Source: an uncultured Bacilli bacterium (lineage in GTDB: Bacteria; Bacillota_I; Bacilli_A; RF39; UBA660). Taken from it: a DNA stretch of 64,000 nt. This document shows, in pieces, positions 38,257 to 48,792 of the stretch. Position 1 is the first letter of the stretch. Every line of letters begins with the position of its first letter. The notes beneath the pieces were generated by a model. It was not told the origin of the DNA. It saw only the letters and a program-made list of their open reading frames with translations, and ran no database searches. The DNA is taken from NCBI GenBank assembly GCA_934086145.1, contig CAKOHV010000003.1, positions 13,451-77,450 of the forward strand. The letters run 5' to 3'. Made by a program: the position numbers and the translations under genes.

Positions 38257-40010
38257 ATTTAAAAGATTTATATATTAATTTTTTTGTAAGTAAAGGACAT
38301 AAACAAATTCCTAGTGCTCCAGTAGTACCAGAAAATGATCCATCAGTTTTGTTTAATACAGCAGGAATGCAACCGTTAATTCCTTATTTGATGGGACAAA
38401 CTCATCCTTATGGGACAAGATTATGTGATTATCAAAAATGTGTTAGAACAAACGATTTAGAGGAGGTTGGCGATGTAACTCATCATACTTTCTTTGAAAT
38501 GTTAGGTAATTGGAGTTTAGGTGATTACTTTAAAGAAGAAAGTATTTCATGGAGTTTTGAATTTTTAACAGATGTTTTAAAAATACCAGTAGAACGTTTG
38601 GCAGTAACTGTTTTTGCGGGGAATGACTTAATTCCTTTTGATCAAGTAAGCCATGATAAATGGTTAAGTTTAGGTATTAAAGAAGAGCGTATTGCAAGAA
38701 CTGTTGATGATAATTTCTGGATTGCTGGCGAAGCTGGCCCTTGTGGACCAGATACAGAGATCTTCTATTTTAGAAGTGAAGATGAAATACCAACTTCTTT
38801 TGATCCAGAGGATAATAGATGGGTTGAAATTTGGAATAATGTTTTTATGCAATTTAATAAAGATTTAAATGGTCAAATTACGGAATTACCTAAGAAAAAT
38901 GTTGATACCGGTATGGGTGTTGAAAGAACAACGGCTATCTTAGAAGGAGTTAATGATAATTATTTATCAAGTATCTGGAAAGATGTTATTGACTTAATTA
39001 GTAAGATTTCTAAGATGCCTTACGAGGGTAATGAAAAGAGTATGCGTATTATTGCAGATCATATAAGAACAGCTGTATTTATTGCTGCCGATCCAGCTGG
39101 TATTAAACCAAGTAATACTGATCAAGGTTATATTTTACGTCGTTTAATTAGAAGAGCAATTCGCCATGCTAAGTCTTTGAATATTGAAATAAATAGTGAT
39201 TGGGATGAACAAATTGCTTCATTGATTTTAGATAAGTATGAAAATTATTACGTTGAATTAAAAGAAAATAGACAAGTAGTTTTGGATGTTTTACGTAATG
39301 AAAAAGAAAGATTTAGTAAGACTCTAGAAAAAGGTTTACGTGAATTTGCTAAAGTTGTTGATAATAATCCAGAAATTAGTGGCGAAATGGCATTCCATTT
39401 GTTTGATACTTATGGTTTTCCAATTGAATTAACTGTTGAATTAGCTAATGAAAGAGGTCTTAAGGTTGATGAAGATGGTTTTAAAGAAAGATTTAAAGCT
39501 CATCAAGAATTATCACGTACTGCCTCAGCTGGTAAGTTTAAAGGTGGTTTAGCTGGAAATAGTGAAATTGAAACAAGATATCATACATGTACACATTTAT
39601 TAAATGCGGCTTTAAAGGCTGTTGTTAGTAGTGATGTTCATCAAAAAGGCTCTAATATAACTGATGAGAGAATGCGTTTTGACTTTAGTTGTGATCATAA
39701 ATTAAGTGATGATGAAAAGAAAAAAGTTGAAGATTTAGTAAATGAATGGATTATGGCAGGGCTAGATGTAACTGTTAAAGAAATGCTTAAACAAGAAGCA
39801 ATTGATTCCGGAGCTGAATGTATGTTTATTGAAAAATATCCGGATATTGTTACAGTTTATGAAATAGGTAATGATGAATATGGTATTGTTTCTAAAGAAT
39901 TATGCGGTGGACCACATGTTAAGAAGACTAGTGAATTAGGACACTTTAAGATAAAGAAGGAAGAGGCAAGTTCTGCCGGTGTCAGAAGAATTAAAGGAAT
40001 ACTTGAATAG
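38253..40010 (+). CDS. alaS: alanine--tRNA ligase, compact 585-aa form (catalytic plus editing core, no C-Ala domain)
   Basis: AlaRS motifs LFNTAGMQP, FFEMLGNWSLGDYFK, CGPDTEIFY, VEIWNNVFMQFN, DTGMGVERT, IADHIRTAVF, GYILRRLIRRA. Editing-site HTCTHLLNAALK and CGGPHV. Much shorter than the ~870-aa canonical bacterial enzyme. Confidence 0.8.
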   Translation: MNLKDLYINFFVSKGHKQIPSAPVVPENDPSVLFNTAGMQPLIPYLMGQTHPYGTRLCDYQKCVRTNDLEEVGDVTHHTFFEMLGNWSLGDYFKEESISWSFEFLTDVLKIPVERLAVTVFAGNDLIPFDQVSHDKWLSLGIKEERIARTVDDNFWIAGEAGPCGPDTEIFYFRSEDEIPTSFDPEDNRWVEIWNNVFMQFNKDLNGQITELPKKNVDTGMGVERTTAILEGVNDNYLSSIWKDVIDLISKISKMPYEGNEKSMRIIADHIRTAVFIAADPAGIKPSNTDQGYILRRLIRRAIRHAKSLNIEINSDWDEQIASLILDKYENYYVELKENRQVVLDVLRNEKERFSKTLEKGLREFAKVVDNNPEISGEMAFHLFDTYGFPIELTVELANERGLKVDEDGFKERFKAHQELSRTASAGKFKGGLAGNSEIETRYHTCTHLLNAALKAVVSSDVHQKGSNITDERMRFDFSCDHKLSDDEKKKVEDLVNEWIMAGLDVTVKEMLKQEAIDSGAECMFIEKYPDIVTVYEIGNDEYGIVSKELCGGPHVKKTSELGHFKIKKEEASSAGVRRIKGILE

Positions 40011-40095
40011 TATTTCTTTTTTTAATTCTTTTTAATAATGTTTAATAAAATATTTTATGAAGTAGTGTTATAATTTGTTAGCAAGGAGATGTATT

Positions 40096-40737
40096 ATGAG
40101 TAAGATTAGTATTCCCAAATATAGTTTAGCGGAAGAGTTAATTAATTCGATTAGTCATGGTATTGGGGCGGCTTTAAGTATTGTGGCATTAGTTTTTATT
40201 ATTTTAAGAGCCCATAGTGCAGTAGGAGTTGCCACTGGCGTAATTTACTGTGTTATTATGTTTTTACTTTATGTAATTTCTTGTATTTATCATGCGTTAA
40301 GTCCAAAATTACTTGGTAAAAAGGTCTTAAGGGTTATTGATCATTGTAATGTAATGTTAATGGTAGCAGGAACTTATACCCCAATATGTTTAGCGATGAT
40401 TGGGGGCTTAAAAGGTTTAATAATGTTTTTAATAGTATGGATTGTTACTATAATTGCTGTAGTTTTTAATTCTATTGATGTTGATAAATACCAAGTAGTA
40501 AGTGTTGTTTGTAATTTAGTCTTAGGTTGGGCAGCCTTGTTTTTAATCAAAGATATTATAGCTATAGGTTCAATGAAAGCAATGTATTTATTAGTTGGTG
40601 GAGGCGTTGTTTATTCTTTAGGGGCTATTTTATATGGTCTTGGTTCTAAGAAAAAGTATATGCATTCTATTTTTCATTTCTTTGTCTTAGCGGCGAGCTT
40701 TTTACATTTTTGTTTAATATATTTGTATGTTGTTTAA
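40096..40737 (+). CDS. hemolysin III / PAQR family membrane protein
   Basis: AAGGAG SD before ATG 40096. Seven TM. Motifs EELINSISHGIG, YHAL, DHCNV, HSIFHFFVL. Confidence 0.85.
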   Translation: MSKISIPKYSLAEELINSISHGIGAALSIVALVFIILRAHSAVGVATGVIYCVIMFLLYVISCIYHALSPKLLGKKVLRVIDHCNVMLMVAGTYTPICLAMIGGLKGLIMFLIVWIVTIIAVVFNSIDVDKYQVVSVVCNLVLGWAALFLIKDIIAIGSMKAMYLLVGGGVVYSLGAILYGLGSKKKYMHSIFHFFVLAASFLHFCLIYLYVV

Positions 40738-40763
40738 ATCGTTTATTATAACGATTTTTTTTT
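40736..40763 (+). terminator. intrinsic terminator
   Basis: AAATCGTT / AACGATTT 8-bp stem with a 6-nt loop and T9. Confidence 0.7.
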
Positions 40764-40825
40764 GACTTATTTTAAAGGAAAGAAGGAGTTAATAGTTAAT
40801 ATATAGAGTGAAGGGAGTGAAAAAG

Positions 40826-42349
40826 ATGAAAAAAATATTAGGTGGTTTAATAATAATGTGCTTTGTACTAATGGCATGGGAGGTTAAAGCCTTTGATTTT
40901 AAGGAAGGAACATTTTTAACCGGGGAGTACATTAATAAAGTAAAAGATGGTAAAACTTATTATATGACAGTTCAATATATTTATCGTGATGATGGTCAAG
41001 CGATGTATTGTTTAGAACCATTTGAAAAGTTTTTAACGGGAAGTGGTTATATTGGATATAATTTTAATTATGAAAATGTAACTGGTTTATCAAAGGAACA
41101 AATTAGAAGAATAGAGTTACTAGCCTATTATGGTTATAATTATGATAATCGAACTGATAGTAAATGGTATGCTATAACACAATATTTGATTTGGAAAACA
41201 GTGACAACTGATGATATTTATTTTACTGATAAATTAAATGGGAAAAGAATTAATAAGTATGAGCAGGAAATAAGCGAGTTAGAGCGAGATATTGCTAATA
41301 ATGAAATAAGACCATCATTGGTTGGTAGGGAAGTAACCGTAAATTATGGTGATGATATCATCTTAGAAGATACTAATAAAGTACTAGATAATTATCAAGT
41401 TTTGGGTGTGACAAATTATGATTACCAAAAAGAGGGAAATACCTTTAAGGTAAAGAATATTTTACAAAGTGGGAGAATTACTTTTAAAAGAAAACATTCG
41501 TTGTATAGTTCTAATAGTTTTGTTTATATTAATAGTAATAGTCAAAATTTATTTGCCCCAGGAAAACCGCGTGAGCCAGAGTTATATTTGAAATTTAATG
41601 TAACAGCTGGGGATGTTGAACTTAATATATTAGATGATGATTCAGTTTATTCAATTGCTAAAGATTTTTCTAATACTTGTTATGGTCTTTATAATTTGCA
41701 AAATGAACTTATTGATAAAGTTTGTACTGAGCATTCTTTGAAGTATAAGAGTAATTTGCTTAAGTACGGAGTTTATTATGTAAAACAGCTTAGTGTTGGT
41801 AAAGGTTATGAAAAAGATGATAAGATCTATAGTTTTGAAATTAATGCTAGAAATGAACATATTATATTGGAACTACAAAATAAACTAATTAGAAATACTG
41901 TTAAAATAAATAAGAAATATTGTCAAAAAGAAGTTTGTTCTTTTGAAGAAAAAGCTAAGTTTAATATTTATGATGAAAAGGATAATTTAGTTAATAGTAT
42001 TGAAACAGATAAAAATGGGAACGGTTCTTTAGAATTGGGCTATGGAAAATATTATGGGGTTCAAGTCCATGGAAAAGAAGGTTATGAATATGTTGATGAT
42101 TTTTCCTTTGCTATTTTAAATGGAACTGATGAACTTAATTATGGTTTTGTTGATAAAGTAAAAGTAACAGAGAATCGTGATAAGGATGAAGGGAAGAGCG
42201 AAGATAAAAATAATGATGAAAGTGATGATATTCAAGAGTTAATGCCACCGGAAACAGGGATTACAGATGTCCCATCTTTGAAAAAAATATTTGGTGAATT
42301 TTTCCGTAAAATGTTAAGTTTAATACCATTTTTAGGGAAAAAATGCTGA
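40826..42349 (+). CDS. secreted surface protein with a thioester (TED/TQXA-type) domain, Cna-B/SpaA-like fold and an atypical PPETG C-terminal signal
   Basis: GGGAGTG SD before ATG 40826. Signal peptide MKKILGGLIIMCFVLMAWEVKA. Cys motif AMYCLEP and Gln motif AITQYLIWK. GNGSLELGYGKYYGVQ-type Ig-fold segment. ...LMPPETG plus a short tail. Confidence 0.65.
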   Translation: MKKILGGLIIMCFVLMAWEVKAFDFKEGTFLTGEYINKVKDGKTYYMTVQYIYRDDGQAMYCLEPFEKFLTGSGYIGYNFNYENVTGLSKEQIRRIELLAYYGYNYDNRTDSKWYAITQYLIWKTVTTDDIYFTDKLNGKRINKYEQEISELERDIANNEIRPSLVGREVTVNYGDDIILEDTNKVLDNYQVLGVTNYDYQKEGNTFKVKNILQSGRITFKRKHSLYSSNSFVYINSNSQNLFAPGKPREPELYLKFNVTAGDVELNILDDDSVYSIAKDFSNTCYGLYNLQNELIDKVCTEHSLKYKSNLLKYGVYYVKQLSVGKGYEKDDKIYSFEINARNEHIILELQNKLIRNTVKINKKYCQKEVCSFEEKAKFNIYDEKDNLVNSIETDKNGNGSLELGYGKYYGVQVHGKEGYEYVDDFSFAILNGTDELNYGFVDKVKVTENRDKDEGKSEDKNNDESDDIQELMPPETGITDVPSLKKIFGEFFRKMLSLIPFLGKKC

Positions 42350-42356
42350 TTTTCGT

Positions 42357-42384
42357 AAAAAAATGTACTTTTTTACATTTTTTT
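42357..42384 (+). terminator. A/T-rich hairpin terminator
   Basis: AAAAAATGTA / TACATTTTTT 10-bp stem with a 6-nt loop. Confidence 0.5.
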
Positions 42385-42445
42385 GCGTTATAAAAAAAGG
42401 AAATAAGGGAGTTTGGTACAATATATATAATTAGAGGGTGATTTT

Positions 42446-44209
42446 ATGGCTTTTGTAACTGATACGGAAATAAATGATATAAGAGCCAAAGCGAATATTG
42501 TAGACATAATAGGGGGATATATTCCACTTACCCAACGTGGGAAAAACTATTTATGTGTTTGCCCTTTTCATGATGATCATTCACCAAGTATGAGTGTTTC
42601 AGCAGAAAAACAAATTTATAAATGTTTTTCTTGTGGAGAGACCGGCAATGTTTTTACTTTCGTTTCCAAATATGAAGGGGTTTCTTTTATTGAAGCAGTT
42701 GCTATCGTTGCTTCGAAGTGTGGCTTAAAGTTATCCGAAACAACTTTTAATAATAATTATGCTGATGCTAATAAGACGGAACATGAAATAATGGAATTGG
42801 CTGAAAAGTTCTTTCAAAACAATTTAAAGACTAGTTTTGGCGAACCAGCCATGGCTTACTTGAAAAATAGAGGCATAACTGATGAAATTATTAAAGACTT
42901 TGGAATTGGTTTAAGTTTGGATAAGAGTGATGCTTTAACAACTTTGTTACTTAAGAAAAACTATACTAAAGAGCAACTTCTTGAATTAGGGTTGATAAAT
43001 GAAGTAAACGGCAATATATATGATACTTTTTCAAGACGTATTACTTTTCCTTTATATGATAAAGATGGACACATTGTTGGCTTTAGTGCACGAATTTATC
43101 GAGGCGAAAAAGATACATCAAAATATATCAATTCACGGGAAACAAAACTTTTCAAAAAAGGAGAAACATTGTATAATTATCATCAAGCCCGTGAAGTTGC
43201 CAAACGTGAAAAGGCAATAATTGTTGTCGAGGGGTTCATGGATGCAATTAGACTTAGTAATGAAGGAGTGAAAAATGTTGTAGCCTTGCAAGGAACAGCT
43301 ATGACGAAAAATCAAATTGAATTACTAAAAAAATTGCGAGTTAAAGTGATTCTTTGCCTAGATAACGATAATGCCGGTTTATTAGCAACTGTTAATAATG
43401 GAGAAATGCTTGTAAAAGAGGGGGGGTTAGTCTTTGTTATAAGACTTAGTGGTCAAAAAGATCCAGATGAATATATTTTAGCAAATGGAATTCAAGCATT
43501 CTTAGATAATTTAAAAAAGCCGTTATCATTCTTTGAATTTAAAATTAATTATTTAAAAAATGGTAAAGACTTAAGTAATTCACTTGATTTAGCACAATAC
43601 ATTAATGATGTCTTAAAAGATCTTAGTACAAGTAATGATGAAATTTTAAGAGAAATAACCCTAAATAAAATTAGTCAGGATTACAATTTATCACTAGATG
43701 TTTTAAAAACTAAGTTAAGTGAATTAAAACCCGCTCCAACAGGAATGTTGGAAGAAAAAAAAGATGTTGTGAAAAAAGAAAAGAAGGATGCTTATGTAAT
43801 AGGGGCAGAGCAAATTTTATACTTTATGATGAATGGAGAAAAATACATTAGAGAGTATCAAAAGAAATTGGGCTTTTTTCCAACAGAAATTTATCGCGAG
43901 ACAGCCAATGAAATTCTTTATTATTTTGAAAGCAATAAAACAATAAATGTAGCTGATTTTATTACTTATGTTTCAAATAAAGAAAATTTGAAAGATGAAG
44001 TAACAAAGATTGTTAATTCAGCAATTGATGGGGAAGAGTTAACAATTGAAGCTATGGACGAATATATAGACGTCGTTAATAAACTATTAGTTAATAGGGA
44101 AATAAAACGATTAAAGCAACAAATGAAGGACGAACTTGATGTTGATAAAAAAATGAAAATAGCTATAAAAATAGCAGATTTGAAAAGAGGAAGTGTGGAT
44201 AATGGTTGA
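42446..44209 (+). CDS. dnaG: DNA primase DnaG
   Basis: Zinc ribbon [11 protein letters not shown] ... [26 protein letters not shown] ... DNDNAG. Extended -10 TGgTACAAT at 42414-42422. Confidence 0.92.
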   Translation: MAFVTDTEINDIRAKANIVDIIGGYIPLTQRGKNYLCVCPFHDDHSPSMSVSAEKQIYKCFSCGETGNVFTFVSKYEGVSFIEAVAIVASKCGLKLSETTFNNNYADANKTEHEIMELAEKFFQNNLKTSFGEPAMAYLKNRGITDEIIKDFGIGLSLDKSDALTTLLLKKNYTKEQLLELGLINEVNGNIYDTFSRRITFPLYDKDGHIVGFSARIYRGEKDTSKYINSRETKLFKKGETLYNYHQAREVAKREKAIIVVEGFMDAIRLSNEGVKNVVALQGTAMTKNQIELLKKLRVKVILCLDNDNAGLLATVNNGEMLVKEGGLVFVIRLSGQKDPDEYILANGIQAFLDNLKKPLSFFEFKINYLKNGKDLSNSLDLAQYINDVLKDLSTSNDEILREITLNKISQDYNLSLDVLKTKLSELKPAPTGMLEEKKDVVKKEKKDAYVIGAEQILYFMMNGEKYIREYQKKLGFFPTEIYRETANEILYYFESNKTINVADFITYVSNKENLKDEVTKIVNSAIDGEELTIEAMDEYIDVVNKLLVNREIKRLKQQMKDELDVDKKMKIAIKIADLKRGSVDNG

Positions 44210-45296
44210 GATTAAAAGTTTTGAAGAACGAAAAAAATCTTTAATTGAATTAGGAAAAAAGAATGGCTTTTTAACATTTGAGCAATTAGCTGATGCTTTA
44301 AAAGGCTTAGAAATAGATAATGATTCTTTGGATGATTTATATAATTGTTTTATGGAAAACAATATCGAAGTTGTAAGTGACGAAGTTGGGGAAGACGGAG
44401 ATGCTGGTAAGGGTGAAGAAGAAGAAAATTTAGTTTTAACTGATGAAGAAATTACTAAAGATATTAATATAAATGATCCTGTTAGAATGTATTTAAAAGA
44501 GATTGGACGTATTAGTTTGTTAAGTCCAGATGAAGAGGCTGAATTATCACTTCGTATTGCTAATGGTGATGAGTCAGCTAAGAATATTTTAGCGGAATCT
44601 AACTTACGTTTAGTTGTTTCAATAGCTAAACGTTATGTTGGTAGAGGATTATTGTTCTTAGATTTAATTCAAGAAGGTAATATAGGGTTAATGAAGGCTG
44701 TTGAAAAGTTCGACTATGATAAAGGATATAAATTTAGTACTTATGCAACATGGTGGATCAGACAAGCTATTACGAGAGCTTTAGCTGATCAAGCTAGAAC
44801 AATTAGAGTTCCTGTTCATATGGTTGAAACAATTAATAAAATGGCTCGTATTCAAAGACAAATGACTTTGGAATTAAATAGAGAACCTTCTGAAGAAGAA
44901 TTAGCCAATAAAATGGGTATTACAGTTGATAAAGTTAGAGAAGTTATGAAAATTAGTCAGGACCCAGTTTCATTAGAAACACCAATCGGTGAAGAAGATG
45001 ATTCACATTTAGGCGATTTTATCAAAGATGAAAGAAGTATGAGTCCAGAAGAATATGCAACTAATGAAATCTTAAAAGAAGAAATAAAAAATGTTTTACT
45101 TACTTTACAGGAAAGAGAACAAGAAGTTTTGGAATTAAGATTTGGTTTAGTTGATGGAACAAGCCATACTTTGGAAGAAGTAGGAAAAAAATTCAATGTA
45201 ACACGTGAACGTATAAGACAAATTGAAGCAAAAGCATTAAGAAAATTACGTCATCCATCAAGAGCCAAAAAACTTAAGGATTTCTTGAATGATTAA
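44202..45296 (+). CDS. sigA: RNA polymerase primary sigma factor SigA/RpoD
   Basis: ATG 44202 overlaps the dnaG stop. Region 2 ([39 protein letters not shown]) and region 4 ([30 protein letters not shown]). Confidence 0.95.
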   Translation: MVEIKSFEERKKSLIELGKKNGFLTFEQLADALKGLEIDNDSLDDLYNCFMENNIEVVSDEVGEDGDAGKGEEEENLVLTDEEITKDININDPVRMYLKEIGRISLLSPDEEAELSLRIANGDESAKNILAESNLRLVVSIAKRYVGRGLLFLDLIQEGNIGLMKAVEKFDYDKGYKFSTYATWWIRQAITRALADQARTIRVPVHMVETINKMARIQRQMTLELNREPSEEELANKMGITVDKVREVMKISQDPVSLETPIGEEDDSHLGDFIKDERSMSPEEYATNEILKEEIKNVLLTLQEREQEVLELRFGLVDGTSHTLEEVGKKFNVTRERIRQIEAKALRKLRHPSRAKKLKDFLND

Positions 45297-45933
45297 ATTA
45301 TCTTTAAGATTACTAAGTGTTGCTAACTTTATTGAGGTTAATGACGCATTAGTAGATGTTGGGTGTGATCATGGTTACTTAAGTATTTATTTGAAACAAA
45401 ACAATTTATGTCAAAAAGTTATTGCGACAGATATTAATCAGAGTGCTTTAGATAATGCTATTTATAATATTAAAAGAAATAATTTAGAAATTGAGACAGT
45501 TTTAAGTGATGGCTTAAAGGAAGTTGATTTAAGTAAGATAAATACACTAGTAATTACGGGAATGGGGACGACAACTATCCTACATATTTTGAAAGAAGCC
45601 GATTTGACAGGGATAGACAAAATAATTATTCAGTCCAACAATGATCATGTCCTTTTAAGAGAAAAAATGAATCAATTTGGTTATTACTTAGCTGATGATG
45701 AGGCGGTTTTTGACAAAAATATTTGGTATGTAACTATGAAATTTGTTGCATCAGCTAAAAAAAATAGTAAAGATGAAATAAATTTTGGCTATTTAAAGAA
45801 TTCCTTATATTGTGAATATTTAGTTAAAAAATATAAGGAAATTTTAACCAAAATTCCCGATTATTTAAATGAAGAAAAAAAAGAATATTTAGAAAAAATT
45901 AAATATATAGAAGAAATTTTGCAGTCAAAATAA
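45289..45933 (+). CDS. trmK: tRNA (adenine22-N1)-methyltransferase TrmK
   Basis: [17 protein letters not shown]-binding start and ATDIN motif. Conserved position after sigA as in Bacillus. Overlaps the sigA stop. Confidence 0.75.
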   Translation: MIKLSLRLLSVANFIEVNDALVDVGCDHGYLSIYLKQNNLCQKVIATDINQSALDNAIYNIKRNNLEIETVLSDGLKEVDLSKINTLVITGMGTTTILHILKEADLTGIDKIIIQSNNDHVLLREKMNQFGYYLADDEAVFDKNIWYVTMKFVASAKKNSKDEINFGYLKNSLYCEYLVKKYKEILTKIPDYLNEEKKEYLEKIKYIEEILQSK

Positions 45934-45961
45934 GCATATTTATCGGATATGCTTATTTTTT
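45931..45961 (+). terminator. intrinsic terminator
   Basis: TAAGCATAT / ATATGCTTA 9-bp stem with a 7-nt loop and T6. Confidence 0.7.
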
Positions 45962-46199
45962 ACTGGAAAAAAGTGGGTCCGCCATTATTGTTGATTACTT
46001 TAATGGTTGACACATCTTGAGGGGGGAGACTTTTTATTTTATTAAGTTTATTGTTGATAGTTTGTAAAGAAGACTTCAAATCATTTTTTTTACTTATTAT
46101 GGGCTTGATTTGCGTATATAAAGGAAGAAGTTGGTTGGCAATGCTTAATGTTTTAGAAAGACCAGTAATTATTTTTACTAATGATAAACCATTGTTCAT
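45960..46199 (-). CDS. hypothetical small protein (79 aa)
   Basis: GAGGT SD 8 nt before the ATG. Amphipathic N-terminus, ends in NNNGGPTFFQ. No family recognised. Confidence 0.45.
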   Translation of the reverse strand: MNNGLSLVKIITGLSKTLSIANQLLPLYTQIKPIISKKNDLKSSLQTINNKLNKIKSLPPQDVSTIKVINNNGGPTFFQ

Positions 46200-46288
46200 A
46201 TAAAATACCTCAATTTATTATATGTTTTTACTTAACTTTTATTAAAATTATGGTATAATTTTAATGATAGGAAAGTAGGAGGTGGCTT

Positions 46289-47974
46289 ATGAATCCTTTA
46301 AAAGGACGTGAAACAGTGAATAATTCTGCAGCAAATGCAATGCCAAATGCCAATGTAGTTAATAACGTCAATAATCTTAATCAAGTAAATCAGGTAGCTA
46401 ATAATACTAATGTTAATAAAGCCAATAATATGAATAATGTAAGTGCTGTTAATGGTAAAAATGATAATCCACCTAAAGAAAAACCGACTTTTTTTCTTTC
46501 GTATGTTTTTATCTTTATTTCTTTAGGAACGAGACTTTTATTAAAAGAAGGAACCAATGCTTTTAATCCTAACACCTTAATCGAAAATGTCTCAACGACT
46601 GATGGAAAAGTTCCAATTACGAAAATGAATGCCGAGATAGAAAAAAAGAAAGAACGTATTAGAGCTAATCCTAAATTTGTTAAAATGAAAGAAAAATTGG
46701 CGAGTGAGTTACAAGCTGAAGGAATCGGGCAGAAGTTAACAGACCCCGTAGTTTTTAAATATACTGTTATGGACCAAAAAGGAAAAATAGTAAATGGTCG
46801 TTTTACAGGGGTTTCTAAAATGGATGTTAACTCATTCTTATTAAATGAAGGATATGAAGTATTTAATATTGAGACCAGTGATATGCTTAACTTTATTTAT
46901 GGTCATAGTAAAATCTTATCTTTGAAGATGAGTAACAAGGATTTAATATTTTGGTTAACACAGTTAAGTACATATATTAAAGCTGGTATTCCGCTTGTTG
47001 ATGCCGTTAGAATTTTGGCTAATCAAATGGGTAAAGGAAAAGAATCTTCAAAAAATCAAGTTTTTAATGCGATTGTTTATGAATTATCAATGGGAACTCC
47101 GTTCTCTGAAGCTTTGGAAAAACAAGGAAATGTTTTCCCTTCACTTTTAATAAACATGTTAAAAGCGGCTGAAGCAACCGGAGATTTGGAGTCGACCTTA
47201 GATGAAATGGCCGACTATTATTCAGAAATCGAAGAAACCAAGCAACAGATGAAAAGTGCCATGACATATCCTGTTTTGGTTTTACTTTTTGCCATGGGTA
47301 TTACTGTTTTCATTTTGACGTATATTGTTCCACAATTCGTTAGTATTTATGATGAAGCAGGTGTTACACTTTCACCATTGACTGTTTTCTTGATTGATTT
47401 GTCGGGCTTCTTGAAAAATTATTTGGTTTTCTTGTTAGCAGGAATAGCGGCAGTAGTTGTCGTAATTATTCTAATTTATAAGAATATTCAACCGGTGAGA
47501 AAACAAATGCAAATATTTGCAATGCATGTGCCAGTCTTTGGCAAAATTATTATTTATAATGAGATTACAATATTTACTAAAACGTTTGCCTCATTATTAA
47601 GAAGTAATGTTTTTATTACCGAGAGTATTGATATTTTAAGTAAAATTACAACAAATGAAATATTTAAAGAAATAATGTATGAGACGATTGGTAATATCGC
47701 CGTTGGAGATAAAATTAGTGCGTCATTTAAAGATAAATGGTGTGTTCCAGACGTTGCTTATTTTATGATTCAAACAGGTGAATCAACAGGTGACTTGGCT
47801 AACATGATGCAAAAAGTTAGTGATTATTATGGTGGTTTACATAAATCAATGATTGGCCAAATGAAAGCTTTCATTGAACCAGTAATGATTATTTTAATAG
47901 CAGTTATCGTTGGTGGTATCTTAATAGCAGTTATATTACCGATGTTCGACTTGTACGATAAGATATCTATGTAG
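46289..47974 (+). CDS. type II secretion/type IV pilus platform protein (GspF/PilC/ComGB family) with a ~150-aa Asn-rich N-terminal extension
   Basis: AGGAGGTG SD and extended -10 TGgTATAAT at 46251-46259. The canonical fold starts near FKYTVMDQKGKIVNG. Two T2SSF repeats and three TM. Confidence 0.8.
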   Translation: MNPLKGRETVNNSAANAMPNANVVNNVNNLNQVNQVANNTNVNKANNMNNVSAVNGKNDNPPKEKPTFFLSYVFIFISLGTRLLLKEGTNAFNPNTLIENVSTTDGKVPITKMNAEIEKKKERIRANPKFVKMKEKLASELQAEGIGQKLTDPVVFKYTVMDQKGKIVNGRFTGVSKMDVNSFLLNEGYEVFNIETSDMLNFIYGHSKILSLKMSNKDLIFWLTQLSTYIKAGIPLVDAVRILANQMGKGKESSKNQVFNAIVYELSMGTPFSEALEKQGNVFPSLLINMLKAAEATGDLESTLDEMADYYSEIEETKQQMKSAMTYPVLVLLFAMGITVFILTYIVPQFVSIYDEAGVTLSPLTVFLIDLSGFLKNYLVFLLAGIAAVVVVIILIYKNIQPVRKQMQIFAMHVPVFGKIIIYNEITIFTKTFASLLRSNVFITESIDILSKITTNEIFKEIMYETIGNIAVGDKISASFKDKWCVPDVAYFMIQTGESTGDLANMMQKVSDYYGGLHKSMIGQMKAFIEPVMIILIAVIVGGILIAVILPMFDLYDKISM

Positions 47975-47982
47975 GTGATGTA

Positions 47983-48756
47983 ATGTTATTTGATATTTAT
48001 GTAATAGTTTTTTTGTTTATCATAGGAATGCTAATGGGTTCATTTTATACGGTAGTCGGTCATCGACTACCGAATGATGAATCCATTGTTGCACCTAGAA
48101 GTCATTGTAATAATTGTAATCATGTTTTATCTTGGTATGAATTGATTCCCGTTGTTTCGTTTCTTATTCAAGGTGGGCGATGTCGCAATTGTAAAATAAA
48201 ATTATCTTTGATATATCCTATAATTGAGATGCTAAGTGGTTTTTTATTTGCTTTGTCCTATGTCTTATATGGTTTTAGTTATGAGATGATTGCTTTTATT
48301 ATAATCAGTAGTGTTTTAATTACGATTTATGTAAGTGATTTTAATTATATGATTATTTTAGATGGCCCATTGATTATTGGAAGTGTTTTAATTTTATTGT
48401 TAAAGTTATATTTCTTTGGCTTTAGAACATTTGTTATTTCCTTAGTTAGTGGATTAGTCATGTTTATGTTTATGTACATTATTAAATTAGCTGGTGATAA
48501 ATGGTTTAAGAGAGAGTCGCTAGGTGGCGGAGATGTTAAATTGTCGATCTTCTTCGGCTTCGTCTTTGGGGTTCGTTTAGCAATGGTGAGCTTAGTTTTA
48601 GGTTCATTCTTAGCTTTCCCATATGCTTTGTATTGTTCTTTTTCAGAGAATGGTAAAGAGATTCCTTTTGGGCCTTTCTTGATAACTGGTTTATTGCTTG
48701 TCTATATATATATGGAACCGATAAAAGAAATACTAAATTTATTAATCTTTTTATAA
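47983..48756 (+). CDS. prepilin peptidase (A24 family; PilD/ComC)
   Basis: N-terminal Zn-cysteine box CNNCNHVLSWYELIPVVSFL ... GRCRNCK. Catalytic GGGDVKL. Polytopic. Confidence 0.88.
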   Translation: MLFDIYVIVFLFIIGMLMGSFYTVVGHRLPNDESIVAPRSHCNNCNHVLSWYELIPVVSFLIQGGRCRNCKIKLSLIYPIIEMLSGFLFALSYVLYGFSYEMIAFIIISSVLITIYVSDFNYMIILDGPLIIGSVLILLLKLYFFGFRTFVISLVSGLVMFMFMYIIKLAGDKWFKRESLGGGDVKLSIFFGFVFGVRLAMVSLVLGSFLAFPYALYCSFSENGKEIPFGPFLITGLLLVYIYMEPIKEILNLLIFL

Positions 48757-48792
48757 TTTAGTTTTTTTTTGGCTTAAAAAATCTTTTTGACC

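Noticed and set aside
46310-46460. AAT-rich low-complexity DNA in the 5' part of the PilC-like gene, considered as a tandem repeat or phase-variation tract.
   Set aside because: There is no exact repeating unit or homopolymeric run. It reads as an in-frame Asn/Val-rich low-complexity coding segment. It is treated as a protein feature, not a contingency locus.
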